Shown piece by piece: positions 12,691 through 25,934 of a DNA stretch of 64,000 nucleotides. The stretch is from Octopus sinensis (Eukaryota). The translations under genes were made by a program, and so were the position numbers. Positions within the stretch are counted from its first letter, which is position 1. Each line of letters opens with the position of its first letter. Under the pieces are notes generated by a model. That model was not told the origin of the DNA and searched no databases. It worked only from the letters and a program-made list of their open reading frames with translations. The stretch spans positions 49,550,464 through 49,614,463 of the forward strand of contig NC_043011.1 of the NCBI RefSeq assembly GCF_006345805.1, written 5' to 3'.

Positions 12691-13389
12691 CCTCAACAGA
12701 TAAAGATAGTTACGGCCGGTTTATAGGGTTACTAGGGTTTCCCATCCATAAAGCGCTTAATTCTAAATACATCACGTCAGATCCTAATGACCAGTGGCTT
12801 ATAACCTCTCTTCAAAACGGAGGGAGAAAAGGCTTCATGGCTTGTTATTGACCACACAAACAAGAAAGTGCAAGAGATTGCCTCCCTTAGACCACTAACT
12901 GGAATCCATCCAATCAGTGTGTGGGTCCCAGGATTTCAGTAAGAATCGCCTGAAGTGTAAGCATGGTCTGAAGACTTCATCTAGGATTCTAAGATGTTCC
13001 TCGGATCGAGGGAGTTCTTCAAAATCCTTGCCCATTCTGCTATGTACGGCTGACAACACATGCTGCCGTTGATGTAGGGATCTTCCATGTGATTGCAATT
13101 GGGGTCCCTTTGTTCTTCAGGTGCCATACATATAAGGGCGTTTGGTGTTAGGAAGGACATCCAGCTGTAAAAATCCTGCCAAAATAGTCAGTGAAATCTG
13201 GTGCAGGCTTCTGCGAGGCTGGCTCCTGTTAAACCGTTCCATCCATGCCAGCATGGGAGGCAGACGTTAAACGATAAGGATGATGATGTACAAGATGAAA
13301 ATCCAAAGAGAAAAATCAAAACTTTCAACATAACATAATTGTTGGAAAAAACAAAAAGTTTAGTTTGCCATGGAAGGATTTATATAACA

Positions 13390-13766
13390 CTAGCACTATG
13401 ACCCAGCAACGCCAGGTCATAGTGCTAGTGCATGCATATACAGCTGCGTGCGTGTGCACATACACGTGAGTACTGTCCAAATCTCCGACCAATCACATAC
13501 AGTTAACAGGCATTCAATTGGCGTATCAAGTTTCGGGCATTTTGATTGGGTTTTGGATAGAAAATTCACAAAAAGTCAATTCTATTGATTTTTCAATGGC
13601 TTTGCTGGGTGACTGGGGAAATGTAAAGATGTGCACAACCACCCTTGGACGGTTTTGAATGACCATAGAAAGTGCGAGCCTTCTAACTGAAAAATTGTGG
13701 ATTTGTACAAAGGATACGCACACACACACACAGACAGGCATTTTGCTGTTTATATATATATAGAGA
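13390..13766 (-). mobile_element. Non-autonomous Helitron, second family
   Basis: Minus strand begins A|TC(TC)TATATATA...AAACAG, has a (GT)n, ends in a terminal hairpin actagcactatgacc/ggtcatagtgctagt with CTAG|T. Confidence 0.7.
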
Positions 13767-14659
13767 TGTATTTCTACTTTTACAAGTGATTTTACAAGTG
13801 ATAAGGGATTTCTCAAATATTTCAGTGGTAGGGTTTTCCTGCATGATTCAAGACATTTTAAACTGTTATCAAGACCAAAGATTTCCAACACATTTCACAG
13901 CAATTTCCTAGACATTTTATAATGGTAAAATTTTCTTTTTCCAATGCATATTCTTTTCTGAATTACAAAAATAAAATTTTCTATGATAGTTTTTCCATAT
14001 TTCACAATGAACTGAGTTTTTCCAGAGTGTTTCCATTTTTAAACTAGACACGAATTAACAGAGAATAGTTTTTCACATCAGTTAGTAAGGATAGAATTTT
14101 CCTCAGGTGTGAAATTCTTGTGTTATTAAATACTGTTAAAGACAGAAAATTTCTTGTGTTATTAAATACTGTTAAAGACAGAAAATTTCTTGCATATTCC
14201 ATAACAATATGACATTTTACCTGCCTGTGTCCATTCACAAATTGCAATATAAGAATTTTCAACTGATTATTTCCCACTTATCTCAGTCAAAAATAAATAA
14301 AACAGATAAATGTAACATTAATCATTTTATTTTATTTTATTTTATTTTATTTTTTAACATTTATTTATTTATTCATTCATTTTTTTTTTACATTCCATTA
14401 TTTTTTTGTTTGTTTTGAAATAAGAGAAAAAAAAATTTGTTGAAAACAAAAAAAAAAAAAGTTACAAATGAAACCAAATTCAAATTAATAAAATTGATTT
14501 GATTATTAATCCAAGTATTTCGATCGAATTCTAACAGAAATAAGTAGGCTCCAAAAAGAATTTGGTAATTATTGTAATAGCAGTAGTAGTAGTAGTAGTA
14601 ATAATAATAATAATAATAATGATAATAATAATAATGGTAATAATAATAATGATATAAAT

Positions 14660-15098
14660 CTTTTCTAGAATAGGCAGAAGGCTTGAAATATCTGTGGGGA
14701 AGGAACTAGTTGATTGTGATTATATCAACCCCAGTTAACAGCTGGTACTGGTTTTATTGACCCCAAAAGGATGAAAGATGACCTTGGTGGAAGTCGAACG
14801 CAGAAAGAATTACTGCTAAGCATTTTGTCCAGCTTCTAACAAATTCTGACAGATCACCACCTTTAATTAATAATGATAACCCTTTCTACTAAAGGTTACT
14901 AAGTCTGAAATTTTGTGGGGAGGAGACTTAGTTAATTACACTGACCCCAGTGTGCAACTGGTACTTGAATTTATCAACCCCCCGAAAGGATGAAAGGCAA
15001 AGTCGACCTCAGTGGAATTTGAACCCAGAGCATGAAGAGAGACAAAATAATGTAAAGCATTTTGCCCAGCATGCTAATGATTCTGCCAGCTCACCCCC

Positions 15099-15137
<39 letters not shown>

Positions 15138-16155
15138 TTCGTTTTTTACTCTACACACAAGGCTTGAAATTTTGAGGGAGGTGGGTGGGGGCAGTCGATT
15201 AGATCGACCCCAGTATGCAACTGGTACTTAATTTATCGACCCCCGAAAGGATGAAAGGCAAAGTCGACCTCGGTGGAATTTGAACCCAGAACGTAAAGAC
15301 AGACGAAATACTCCTAAGCGTTTCGCCCAGCGAGCTAACGTTTCTGCTAGCTCGCCGCCATAGTAATGATAATAATCTGTTTCTAACATGGGGCACAAAG
15401 TCCCAAAGTTTTTTTTTTTTTAGAGGTTAAAAGTTGAAGATTAAAGTTGATTATATCAATCCCAATAATTGACTGGTTCTATGATTTACCAACTCTAAAA
15501 ATTTACAAGCATAGTCAACCCAGAAGGGTTAGAGCTTAGAGTATAAACAGATGTAACTAAACATCAAGTATTTTAAGCGACGTTCTACATATTCCATCAC
15601 CCCATCACCATAAAAATAGCAATAATTTTTTTTATATAGGCACAAAGCCAGAAGTTTGCAGGGAGGCAGTAGTCGATTATATCAGTCAAGTACTAGACTA
15701 GTACTTTATCTTATTAACCCTGGAAGGAAAAATGGTCAAGTTGGTCTAGGTAGGAATTGAACTCAAAATAAGATAAACCACCAGAAATGACCTCCAAAAA
15801 GGCAGTTGAAAGTGATCGTAATGATCATGATATGAGGACACAAAGCATTTTGTTCAATGCTTTTAGTTATGAATCTGTCAATCCAACACCCTAATAATGA
15901 TAATAATAATAATAATATAATAATAATAATAGTAATAATAATAATTTCTAATTTTGCCACAAGAGCAGCCATTTTGGAGGAAGGGATACGTCAATTCCAT
16001 CAACCCCAGTGTTTCACTGGTACTTAATTTATCGACTCCAAAAGGATGAAAGGCAAAAATCGACCTTGGTGGAATTTGAACTCAGAATGCAGCAACAGGT
16101 AAAATACCACCAAGCATTTCATCGGGCGTGCTAACAATGCTGCCAGCTTAACACC

Positions 16156-16190
<35 letters not shown>

Positions 16191-17055
16191 CATTTCTGAT
16201 TTAGGCATAAAAACCCATTAAATTTGAGTGGAAGAGGGTTCTTTAATACCATTATTCCCAGTATTTGACTGGTACTTCATTTCATCGGACCCCAAAAGTA
16301 TAATAGGCATAGTTGACCCCAGTAGAATTTGAACCCAGAATGAATGCCATAAAGCATTTTTCCCCAAAATTTTAATGATTCTGATAGCTCACTGCTTGCA
16401 TGTTAATAATAATAATAATAATAATATTCATGATTTCAAATTTTGGCATAAAGCCAGCGGTCTCGAGGGAAGGGGTAAGTCAATTCCATTGACCCCAGTA
16501 CCCAACTAGTACTTAGAGAGTAAAAAGGGTGAAAGGTAAAGTCAATCCTCGGCATAATTTGAACACGGGACGCAAAGATGGGCAAAACGCTCAGCAGCAT
16601 TTTGCCTGGTGTGCTAACAATTCTGCCAGCTCACACCACCTTAATAATAATAGGAAGAAGGATTCTTTCTACTAGAAGCAAAAGGGCTTGAAATTTTTGG
16701 AGGGAAGGTAGGAGCAAGTGGACTGCATCAAGCCCAGTATTTGTTGGGTGCTTTATTTTATCGGCTCCAGAGTGCCAGAGGGATGAAAGGTGAAGCTGAC
16801 TTTGACAGGATTTGAACTCAGAATATAAAGGTCTGGGGAAAAATACAAGGCATTTTTTTTCTGACACACGATTCAATCAGCTCAGTACCTTCATCATAAT
16901 AATAAAATAATAATAATAATAATGATGATGATGATTCCTTACAGAGGAACAAGGCCAGAAATTTTGAGGTTAGGAACTGATGATTATACTGGCGCCAGTA
17001 GAAGACCCCTGGAAGATGAAAGGCAAAGTCGACCCTGATGGGATTTGAACTCAAC
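14660..17055 (-). repeat. Head-to-tail array of about 9 degenerate family B SINEs separated by (AAT)n
   Basis: Recurring ggatgaaaggcaaagtcgacc...gaatttgaac...tgccagctc every 230-300 bp, all in one orientation. Confidence 0.75.
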
Positions 17056-17312
17056 AACAAACAACAGCAATAACAATCATAATAAATCTTTTTTTTAAAT
17101 AATACAATTTTAGAACATAATATATAAATTAAGGTAAAAAAAAAAACAACAGCTAGGTAGAGGTGGGGATGAAGAGAGGAAGAAAATAAGAAAACCCAAT
17201 AATTTTAAAATTAATTAAAATGAACAAAATGAAAAAATGTGAAGGTTTTGTTCGGAGAGGAAAATTTTTACTGATATTATTATTTTGTTCAAGTGTATAT
17301 ATTATTCAGGTA

Positions 17313-17361
<49 letters not shown>

Positions 17362-17395
17362 CAGAGAGAGTGAGTGATATGAGGTTCATGCTTTT

Positions 17396-17429
<34 letters not shown>

Positions 17430-17557
17430 TATATACATACACACACATATATATATACACACACACACATATATATATATATGTGTGTATATATAAATGC
17501 ACAAAGACAAAGTGCATCATCGGCTTCAAGTAATGTATGTGTGTGTGAGTGTATGCA

Positions 17558-17592
<35 letters not shown>

Positions 17593-18420
17593 TTGTATGT
17601 ATAAGTATGGGGGTTTAGTTCACAGGTGATCTAAGCAATTAGGTATGCAAGGTAAGTGTTGTAACAGATTACTAGGGCTCCAAGGTTATAGCTGAGATGT
17701 TAGTTATGGGGCTGTTGCAAATTTGTATGAGTGTATGTATATATGCATGTAAATATATGTATGTATGTATGTGTGCATGTAAATTTGATACACAGAGCAG
17801 TCAATTAGAAGCATTGTTAGAGCAGCAGATACTTGGCTTGCGTTATTTTCCAGCAAGGTGCATTTTGATGAGTTGAAACTTTGCTGAAGACAACTTTTCT
17901 TTCCATCTGTTTCAGGGTCAGTAACATTCTGTTCGATTCTGCTCTTCCTCTCTCAGAACTGCTTCAACCATGTTTCTAGAGAGTCGTTAGGACCACTTAC
18001 TGTGTCCCTACCCCTCCAACATATAGGGGAGGATTTAGCTAGGGGGCTGGCAACCCTTTCTCGTGGAGTGTAGTCCACCATGACAGCCATCCTAAGAACC
18101 CATATAACGCGGTAGATGTGGACAGACATGTGGAGCACATGGAACATTTAAAAACAATTGACACCACTGTTGCTGTAATGTCCACTTTACCACGCTTGCA
18201 TGGCTCTGACAAAATTCCCCGAGGCAGATTTTTACATCGCTGGATGCTCTCCCTGTTGCCAAACCTCATCTATTTTCAAGCAAACAGCACAATGGCCAGG
18301 CATGTTTTCACAGAAGATAGCAAGCAACAGCTTTTTGTGTGACAGTGATATTTACAATTAGTACATATTAAGAGCACACACAAACACATAAATATAAATA
18401 TATATATATATATATATATA

Positions 18421-19080
18421 TTTCTTTATTGCCCACAGGGGGATAAACACAGAGGGGATAAACAAGGACAGACAACGGGATTAAGTCGATTACATCGACC
18501 CCCAGTGCATAACTGGTACTTATTTAATCAACCCTGAAAAGGATGAAAGGCCAAGTAGACCTCAGCGGAATTTGAACTCAGAACGTAACAGCAGACAAAG
18601 TACCACAAGGTATTTCGCCTGGCATGCTAACGTTTCTGCCAGCTGACCACACTCAAAATATATATATATATATGTATGTATATATATATATACACCACAT
18701 ACATATATAGGACAAGCTTCTTTCAGTTTCCATTAATTAAATTCACTCACAAGGCCTTAGTTAGCCTAGAATCATAGTAGAAGACTCTTGCCCAAGGTAC
18801 CATACAGGGCAAGACTGAGCTTGAAACCACGCAGGCAGGAAATGAACTTCTTAACCATAAAGCCATGGAGGAGGAGGAGGAGGAGGACGAGGACGACGAC
18901 AACAACAACAACAACAACAATAATAATAATAGTGCTTTTGTTCATTCGTGAAGATTTAAGTCCTCGTTAATGGATGAAAACACTGAATAAGAATTATCCA
19001 AAATTCTGACTACTTCCTTTCCTTAATATACAATACTGTATCTGTACATCACTTCAACACACACTCTTTCTCTGCGCATA

Positions 19081-19111
<31 letters not shown>

Positions 19112-19376
19112 ATATATATATTATATATATATATATATATATTCTTTATTGCCCACAGGGGATAAACACAGAGGGGATAAACAAGGACAGACAACGGGAT
19201 TAAGTCGATTACATCGACCCCCAGTGCATAACTGGTACTTATTTAATCAACCCTGAAAAGGATGAAAGGCCAAGTAGACCTCAGCGGAATTTGAACTCAG
19301 AACGTAACAGCAGACAAAGTACCACAAGGTATTTCGCCTGGCATGCTAACGTTTCTGCCAGCTGACCACACTCAAA

Positions 19377-19414
<38 letters not shown>

Positions 19415-19591
19415 CACATACATATATAGGACAAGCTTCTTTCAGTTTCCATTAATAAAAATTCACTCACAAGGCCTTAGTTAGCCTAGAATCATAGTAG
19501 AAGACTCTTGCCCAAGGTACCATACAGGGCAAGACTGAGCTTGAAACCACGCAGACAGGAAATGAACTTCTTAACCATAAAGCCATGGATG

Positions 19592-19636
<45 letters not shown>

Positions 19637-19828
19637 GTGCTTTTGTTCATTCGTGAAGATTTAAGTCCTCGTTAATGGATGAAAACACTGAATAAAGAAT
19701 TATCCAAAATTCTGACTACTTCCTTTTCCTTAATATACAATACTGTATCTGTACATCACTTCAACACACTCTCTTTCTCTGCGTATATGTGTGTGTGTGT
19801 GTATGTGTATATATATATATATATATAC
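18421..19828. repeat. ~720-bp tandem duplication
   Basis: 18421-19140 is nearly identical to 19141-19828; junctions fall in (TA)/(TG) microsatellites. Confidence 0.9.
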
Positions 19829-19898
19829 CGGAGTAAACAAATAAATGTGAAACAAGGTGGAAAAAAGAGTACTCAAATACCAGTGATAGAGTAATATG

Positions 19899-20065
19899 CT
19901 TTATTTAAAAGCAGCAGAAAATTCAACAAAACCTGTTACTCGGAGTTTCACATTCCCGTTCGTTGGACAGTTTTTGCTAGATTCTAGCAAAAACTGTCCA
20001 ACGAACGGGAACGTGAAACTCAGAGTAACAGGTTTTGTTGAATTTTCTGCTGCTTTTAAATAAAG
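19899..20065. repeat. Near-perfect palindrome, 83-bp arms and 1-nt loop
   Basis: 81 of 83 positions match by eye; centre gctaga-t-tctagc. Confidence 0.92.
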
Positions 20066-20582
20066 TATATATATATATATATATATCAGTGGACATACAA
20101 AAGAAAGTGGCAAACAACACATTTGGTGGGAGTTACATATATTCTTTAATAATAGTTTCATAGGCGTATAGGATGGCTCTGTCTCATCAGAAATTGGGAG
20201 AAGAATCTCCAGGTAGCTGATCAGATGTGTCCGTCTTATGCACCCACAAAACTTAGAGTGAAACTATTACTAAAAATAATATGTAAATCTTACTAAATGT
20301 GTTGAATGCCATTTTCTGTCATTGGTCCACTCACTTTTGTGTGAGTGTATATATGTGTGTATGCATGTATGTTTACATACATACATACATATATATATGA
20401 GTGGTCAAATGAAAGAAAGGGCACACAACACATTTATTGGTTTGTGTGTACTTCTCAAAACCGTTTGATTTGGATACTGTGCTACTTCAAGTTTCAAGGC
20501 CTCTAATGAATCCTTTCTTGTCAGACTGATAAGAATCCCAATGACCAGAGAGGTACAGGGGATGTCCAAGATGGCTACCAGG

Positions 20583-20653
<71 letters not shown>

Positions 20654-22504
20654 ACAGGCAAATATAAGCATGGCAGCAGAAGTGTGTTTCCGAAGAATTT
20701 GTGGACCCATGGAGCTGTACTTCTTTGACTCAGTTTTTGAAACTATTTCTCTACAGGTGCCACAGGAACAGCTGCAAATAAATGTATTTAACGAAAGGTA
20801 ACAGGAGTCATAGATGATGCAGTCAGTACAGCGCTGCGTACTGCAAAGGTTTACACACATTTTTAAGCTGTCACAAGGGGGCACCGAACCCAACAGCTGG
20901 AACACTAAACTATCAACTGACCAGTCTGCTTAACTGTAAATAGATACTGCAGAAGGGTAGCAGAAGGGCATACTTCTCAAATCCTACTTATAAAGAACAG
21001 CATTTAGATTGTAATACTGATTTATTTTTATATGGCAACATCTCAAATTTTGGGAAGAACCCCAGTATCTGACCGGTACTTGGCATTCCCTGGTAAAATT
21101 TGAACTCGGAATGCAAAGAGTCAAGCATAAATACCACAAGGCATTATGTTTGATGCCCCACCAACTCTGCCAACATTATAATAGTTGTGAGTAGAGACCA
21201 AACAGAAGTGGTGCCAGGGAGTACAAAGATAATTGCAGCAGTCAGTGGGAGCACAGTAGAATCAACAAATGCTTCGTTAGCATACAAGGAGTGAGACCAA
21301 CACTGTTGTTTCTTCTGTTGGTCTGTTTGCATAGCCAGGAGAGGAATTAGACGGGTTCTGTTTGGTTGACTTAATGTAAATCACAGAGTTCGTACTCTTT
21401 TACTTGTTTCGGTCATTTGACTGTGGCTATGCTGGAGCACCACCTTTGTGTCATATTTTCAGAGAGATTTTTTCCAGAGTAAGAAAGGGAGACATGCATT
21501 GCTGTCATCATTTCAACATCTGCTCTGTCATGCTTGCACAGGTCAGGCAAAATTCAATGCGGCAAATTTTTTAAGGACCAAGGCTCCATCTGCTGCCAAT
21601 CTTCATCTGTTTCGAAGCATGGTAATATTTTGCTCATGTCTGTACCTTTTTTCACATAAGATTGTAAAACAAACGACACCGCCAATATGACAGTCACGCT
21701 CGTTTACAGACAGCGAGTGAATCAAGAGTGAACCAAGGCAAGGAAACACAAATGCCCATGCATTATATATACATGTGTGTATGCATATATAAGTACATGC
21801 ATATACACACACACACACACACACGCTCACATACATATATATGATGAGTTTCTTTTTCAATATCTGTCTACCAAATTCACTCTTAAGTTTGGGTGGCACT
21901 TGCTTAAAATGATTTCTTCTCTAGCAAACTCCTTAAACAATGCAGGGGTACAGAATTGGGAAACCACAGCATATATATGCAAAAAAAAAAAAAAAGAAAA
22001 AGGAAAACAAAGAAAAGAAATCCAGCATTTGTAAAACAGGTGAGGGTTAGCAACAGGAAGAGCATCCAGCTGCCAAACGATGCCTTAGAAATGGGTTTTC
22101 CTCCAACCAATGCTAGCACGGAAGAAAGGATGTAAATCGAACAGACAGAGATATTTATACGTACATACTTGAATCAATGCCTCAGTACTGTGTGTTCCTC
22201 AAATACATGCGGGCATGAAAACAAGGATGTAAAACAGACAAATGAGCATGTTTCTCTCTATGAAGAGGCTTCCTTAGTTGTGTTTCACAGACATAGTTCA
22301 TGATTCTGGATGCGGACCCACGGCACAGGGGTACGGATATGGCTAAGAAGTTTGCTACAGTAGAGGGTACTTTGAAGGAAGCGCTCTCTGCTATAGCCTC
22401 AAGGCCAACCAAAGCGTTGAGAGTGAATTTGGTGGGCAGAAAGTGGACCTTGGGTAATCCTGAACTCATAACATGCAGGTAAATATCTAAATACAGCAAG
22501 GTGT

Positions 22505-22510
22505 TTTATT
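22505..22510 (-). terminator. Possible polyadenylation signal of DBNL
   Basis: AATAAA on the minus strand about 240 nt after the stop codon; motif only. Confidence 0.25.
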
Positions 22511-22564
22511 CAATGCTCGCCAATGCTTTTGCAAATCTACTGCTTTTAATAACATGATTTTATA

Positions 22565-22597
<33 letters not shown>

Positions 22598-22749
22598 CAT
22601 AATAATTATGATCATGATAATAATGATATCATATGGTAATTAACAATAATGATTTTTGCATAATAATATTGATGATATTAATAAGAATAATAAAATTAAT
22701 CATAATAATCATCATCATCATTTGCAGATGGAAAAGTGTTGTGTTTGGT

Positions 22750-22886
22750 TTAAATAACCTCTACATAGTTGGCTGGGAACATTCCATACTCTCCACTCGG
22801 TGAAATACCATTCCACCAACCTTCATCGAATTGTTCGACATGGGTGATGATGTCATCAGGGTCGAAAGAAATTTCTGTGTCATCAG
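22750..22886 (-). CDS. DBNL: Drebrin-like protein, last coding exon, SH3 domain and stop
   Basis: attcttccag|CT GAT GAC...TAA; (A)[44 protein letters not shown], diagnostic of the DBNL/Abp1 SH3. Confidence 0.97.
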
Positions 22887-23912
22887 CTGGAAGAATAAAA
22901 AAGGAAGTTAGGTAAGTAAGTAGTATCAGAGGTCTCAACACATACACACATTGATGTATGTGTGTGCATATGTATATATAGACACACAAAAATATCAAGA
23001 GAGAGAGGAATGAAGAGGAGGAGAGAGAACAAGAAGTTTAGGTACATAGGAATATTGGATGTACATGCAATATAGCCATATAATACACCTACCAGAATTA
23101 TACACATGCTCTTGCTTTCCATGCTAGCATATATATATATATATATATATATGTGCGCAGGTGGCACGTAAAAAGCACCATTTGAGCGTGATTGTTACCA
23201 GCGTCGCCTTACTGGCACGTGAAAAAACATTCGAGTGAGGTCATTGCCAGTGCCGCTGGACTGGCTCCTGTGCAGGTGGCACATAAAAAACACCATTTGA
23301 GTGTGGCCGTTGCCAGTGCTGCCTGACTGGCCCTCGTGCTGGTGGCACGTAAAAGCACTCACTACACTCTCGGAGTGGTTGGCGTTAGGAAGGGCATCAA
23401 GCTGTAGAAACTCCACCAGATCAGATTGGAGTCTGGTGCAGCCATCTGGTTCACCAGACCTCAGTCAAATTGTCCAACCCATGCGAGCATGGAAAGCAGA
23501 TGTTAAACGATGATGATAATGATGATGATATATATATATGGAGGTTATGAGAGGTAATGGTGTTGTTGAGACCCAAAGGTATCAGGTAATGCTGAATAAG
23601 TGCTATAGATAGAACATAGTTAAGTTCCAGATTTGGTGATTATGCGAATAAAGGGTTCAACGTTGGTCATATGTCAGCGTGTGTATATAAAAGTATTTTT
23701 GCGTAATGAGATAAAAAAAACCAAGGCTGTGTAGATTTTTAGAATATTTACATATAGGTCTTACAGCTGTTTTCATCCTCTCACACCGTTTCTCATATGT
23801 GTGTGTGTGTGTGTGTGTGACTGTTGTGTATACTCACACACACATATACAGAGGGAAAGTGAGAGAGAGAGAGAGAGATAGGAAGAGAGGGAGTTGAGAG
23901 GAAAAGACCAAC

Positions 23913-24029
23913 CTGCTTGATAGTCATACAACGCCCTCACACACATCCCTTTGTCTTGGGGAGAGAACTCTTCCTCTGTTTCTGCTGGCTGTTCAGGTTC
24001 CGGCTCGGGCACCTCCTTGGCTACAGGAA
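23913..24029 (-). CDS. DBNL: Drebrin-like protein, putative exon 11, start of SH3
   Basis: (tc)n tract then aataccag|...|gttggt, 117 nt, phase 1; (V)PVAKEVPEPEPEQPAETEEEFSPQDKGMCVRALYDYQA. An alternative acceptor would start the exon at 24020. Confidence 0.92.
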
Positions 24030-24924
24030 CTGGTATTGTTAGAGAGAGAGAGAAAGACACAGATATTTAATACATTGTGATGATGAACAATGAAACTGAA
24101 AGAGAAAAAATTGGGAGTGGAACAAGAATGAAGAGAGAAAAACAAAGGGTTGTGCATATATGCATACGTCACAATAATAACGTGGTTTCATTAGTTTCTA
24201 TGGTTGCAAAATTAAATCTATATTCATGATATTGAGTGCTTGGTATTGTGACATATGAAGCTTGCTCAATTACTTTTATGCACATACAGACACATGGAAG
24301 CACTCCGTCGGTTACGACGACGAGGGTTCCGGATGATCCGATCAACGGAACAGCCTGCTCGTGAAATTAACGTGTAAGTGGCTGAGCACTCCACAGACAC
24401 GTGCACCCTTAACGTAGTTCTCGGGGATATTCAGCGTGACACAGAGAGTGACAAGGCCGGCCCTTTGAAATACAGGTACAACAGAAACAGGAAGTAAGAG
24501 TGAGAGAAAGTTGTGGTGAAAGAGTACAGCAGGGATCACCACCATCCCCTGAGAGACTCATGGGTCTTTAGGTGTTTTCGCTCAATAAACACTCACAATG
24601 CCCGGTCTGGGAATCGAAACCGCGATCCTACGACTGCGAGTCCGCTGCTCTAACCACTGGGCCATTGCGCCTCCATACAGACACATACAGGCATAGATAG
24701 ACACAAGTGTGAGTGTGCACGTGCGTTACTAACACATTGATGGTGAAGATGTTTGTAAAGAGAGAAAGAAAGAAGAGGAAGGAAAGAGGGATATGGGCAA
24801 AGCAGTGTATACATTTATACTTTGGTACCGAAGAAAGTAGTCATCAAGTGAGAATGGGAGAAGAGGGAGTGGATCAACTGAAGATATTTGAGAAGGAACA
24901 AGAGAAGCACCAAGGCAATATACT

Positions 24925-25290
24925 CTGTGTGTGTGTGTGTGTGTGTGTGCGTGCGTATGTGTGTGTGAGTGAGTGTGTGTGTGTGAGCGTGTGTGTATGT
25001 GTGTGTGTGCATGTGTGTGTGCGTGTATGTGTGTGTGAGTGAGTATGTGAGTGTGTGTGTGTGTGGTGTGCGTGCGTATGTGTGTGTGAGTGAGTGTGGT
25101 GTGTGTGTGAGCGTGTGTGTATGTGTGTGTGTGCATGTGTGTGTGCGTGTATGTGTGTGTGAGTGAGTATGTGAGTGTGTGTGTGTGTGTGTGAGTGTGT
25201 GTGTATGTGTGTGTGTGAGTGTATGTGTATGTGTGTGTGTGAGTGTGTGTGTATGTGTGTGTGAGTGTGTGTGTATGTGTGTGTGTGTGC
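24925..25290. repeat. Complex (GT)n/(GA)/(AT) microsatellite
   Basis: Directly visible; source of the THTH/VCVC ORFs. Confidence 0.95.
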
Positions 25291-25530
25291 AAATGGATTG
25301 TGAAACATAATACACTGCTGTTCGAGTGGGTTTTTTTCCAGAACAGGAAGCAACCTCTCACCAACAACACTAACAACATCTCCATCGCAACAACACTTAC
25401 AGAGGGATAAGACTAACGCAACCGTTTAGCCTCTTCTTGGTGTTGCTCTGTTGTAAATATTTTCCGTGAATATTCTTCCAGCATGGTAGTTGTAAACAAG
25501 CGTCACCCTCACACAAGCTGTACTCTCTCT

Positions 25531-25934
25531 CTTTAACTCTTTTACTTGTTTCAGTCATTTGACTGCGGCCATGCTGGAGCACCGCCTTTAATCGAGCAAC
25601 TCGACCCCGGGACTTATTCTTTTGTAAGGCTAGTACTTATTCTATCGGTCTCTTTTGCCGAACCACTAAGTAATGGGTACATAAACACACCAGCAACGTT
25701 TGTCAAGCAATGCTAGGGGTACAAACACAGACACACAAACACACACGCGCATATATATATATATATATATACGCCGGGCTTCTCTCAGTTTCCGTCTACC
25801 AAATCCAGTCACAAGGCTTTGGTCGGCCCGAGGCTATAGTAGAAAACACTTGCCCAAGGTGCCACACAGTGGGACTGAACCCGGAACCATGGGGTTAGTA
25901 GACAAGCTACTTACCACACAGCCACTCCTGCGCC
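25531..25934 (-). mobile_element. SINE family A copy
   Basis: Same consensus; other copies at about 26845-27220 (+), 28280-28690 (+) and 28950-29295 (-). Confidence 0.85.

Noticed and set aside
12895-13098. 67-aa minus-strand ORF (…GKDFEELPRSEEHLRILDEVF…)
   Set aside because: No recognisable family or splice support; probably decayed TE sequence.
17800-18200. Possible exon or RTE-like remnant
   Set aside because: Short open frames on both strands with no diagnostic motif.
20757-20797. Plus-strand 41-nt exon-like segment (VPQEQLQINVFNE)
   Set aside because: Splice motifs only; no compatible neighbouring exons or recognised homology.
24729-25385. 218-aa and overlapping His/Thr-rich ORFs
   Set aside because: Translations of a (CA)n-type microsatellite; open in several frames with no domain.
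25400-25520. Possible cassette exon ending in gtaagt within the DBNL intron
   Set aside because: Acceptor lacks a pyrimidine tract, and related sequence at about 55770-55830 indicates a repeat.
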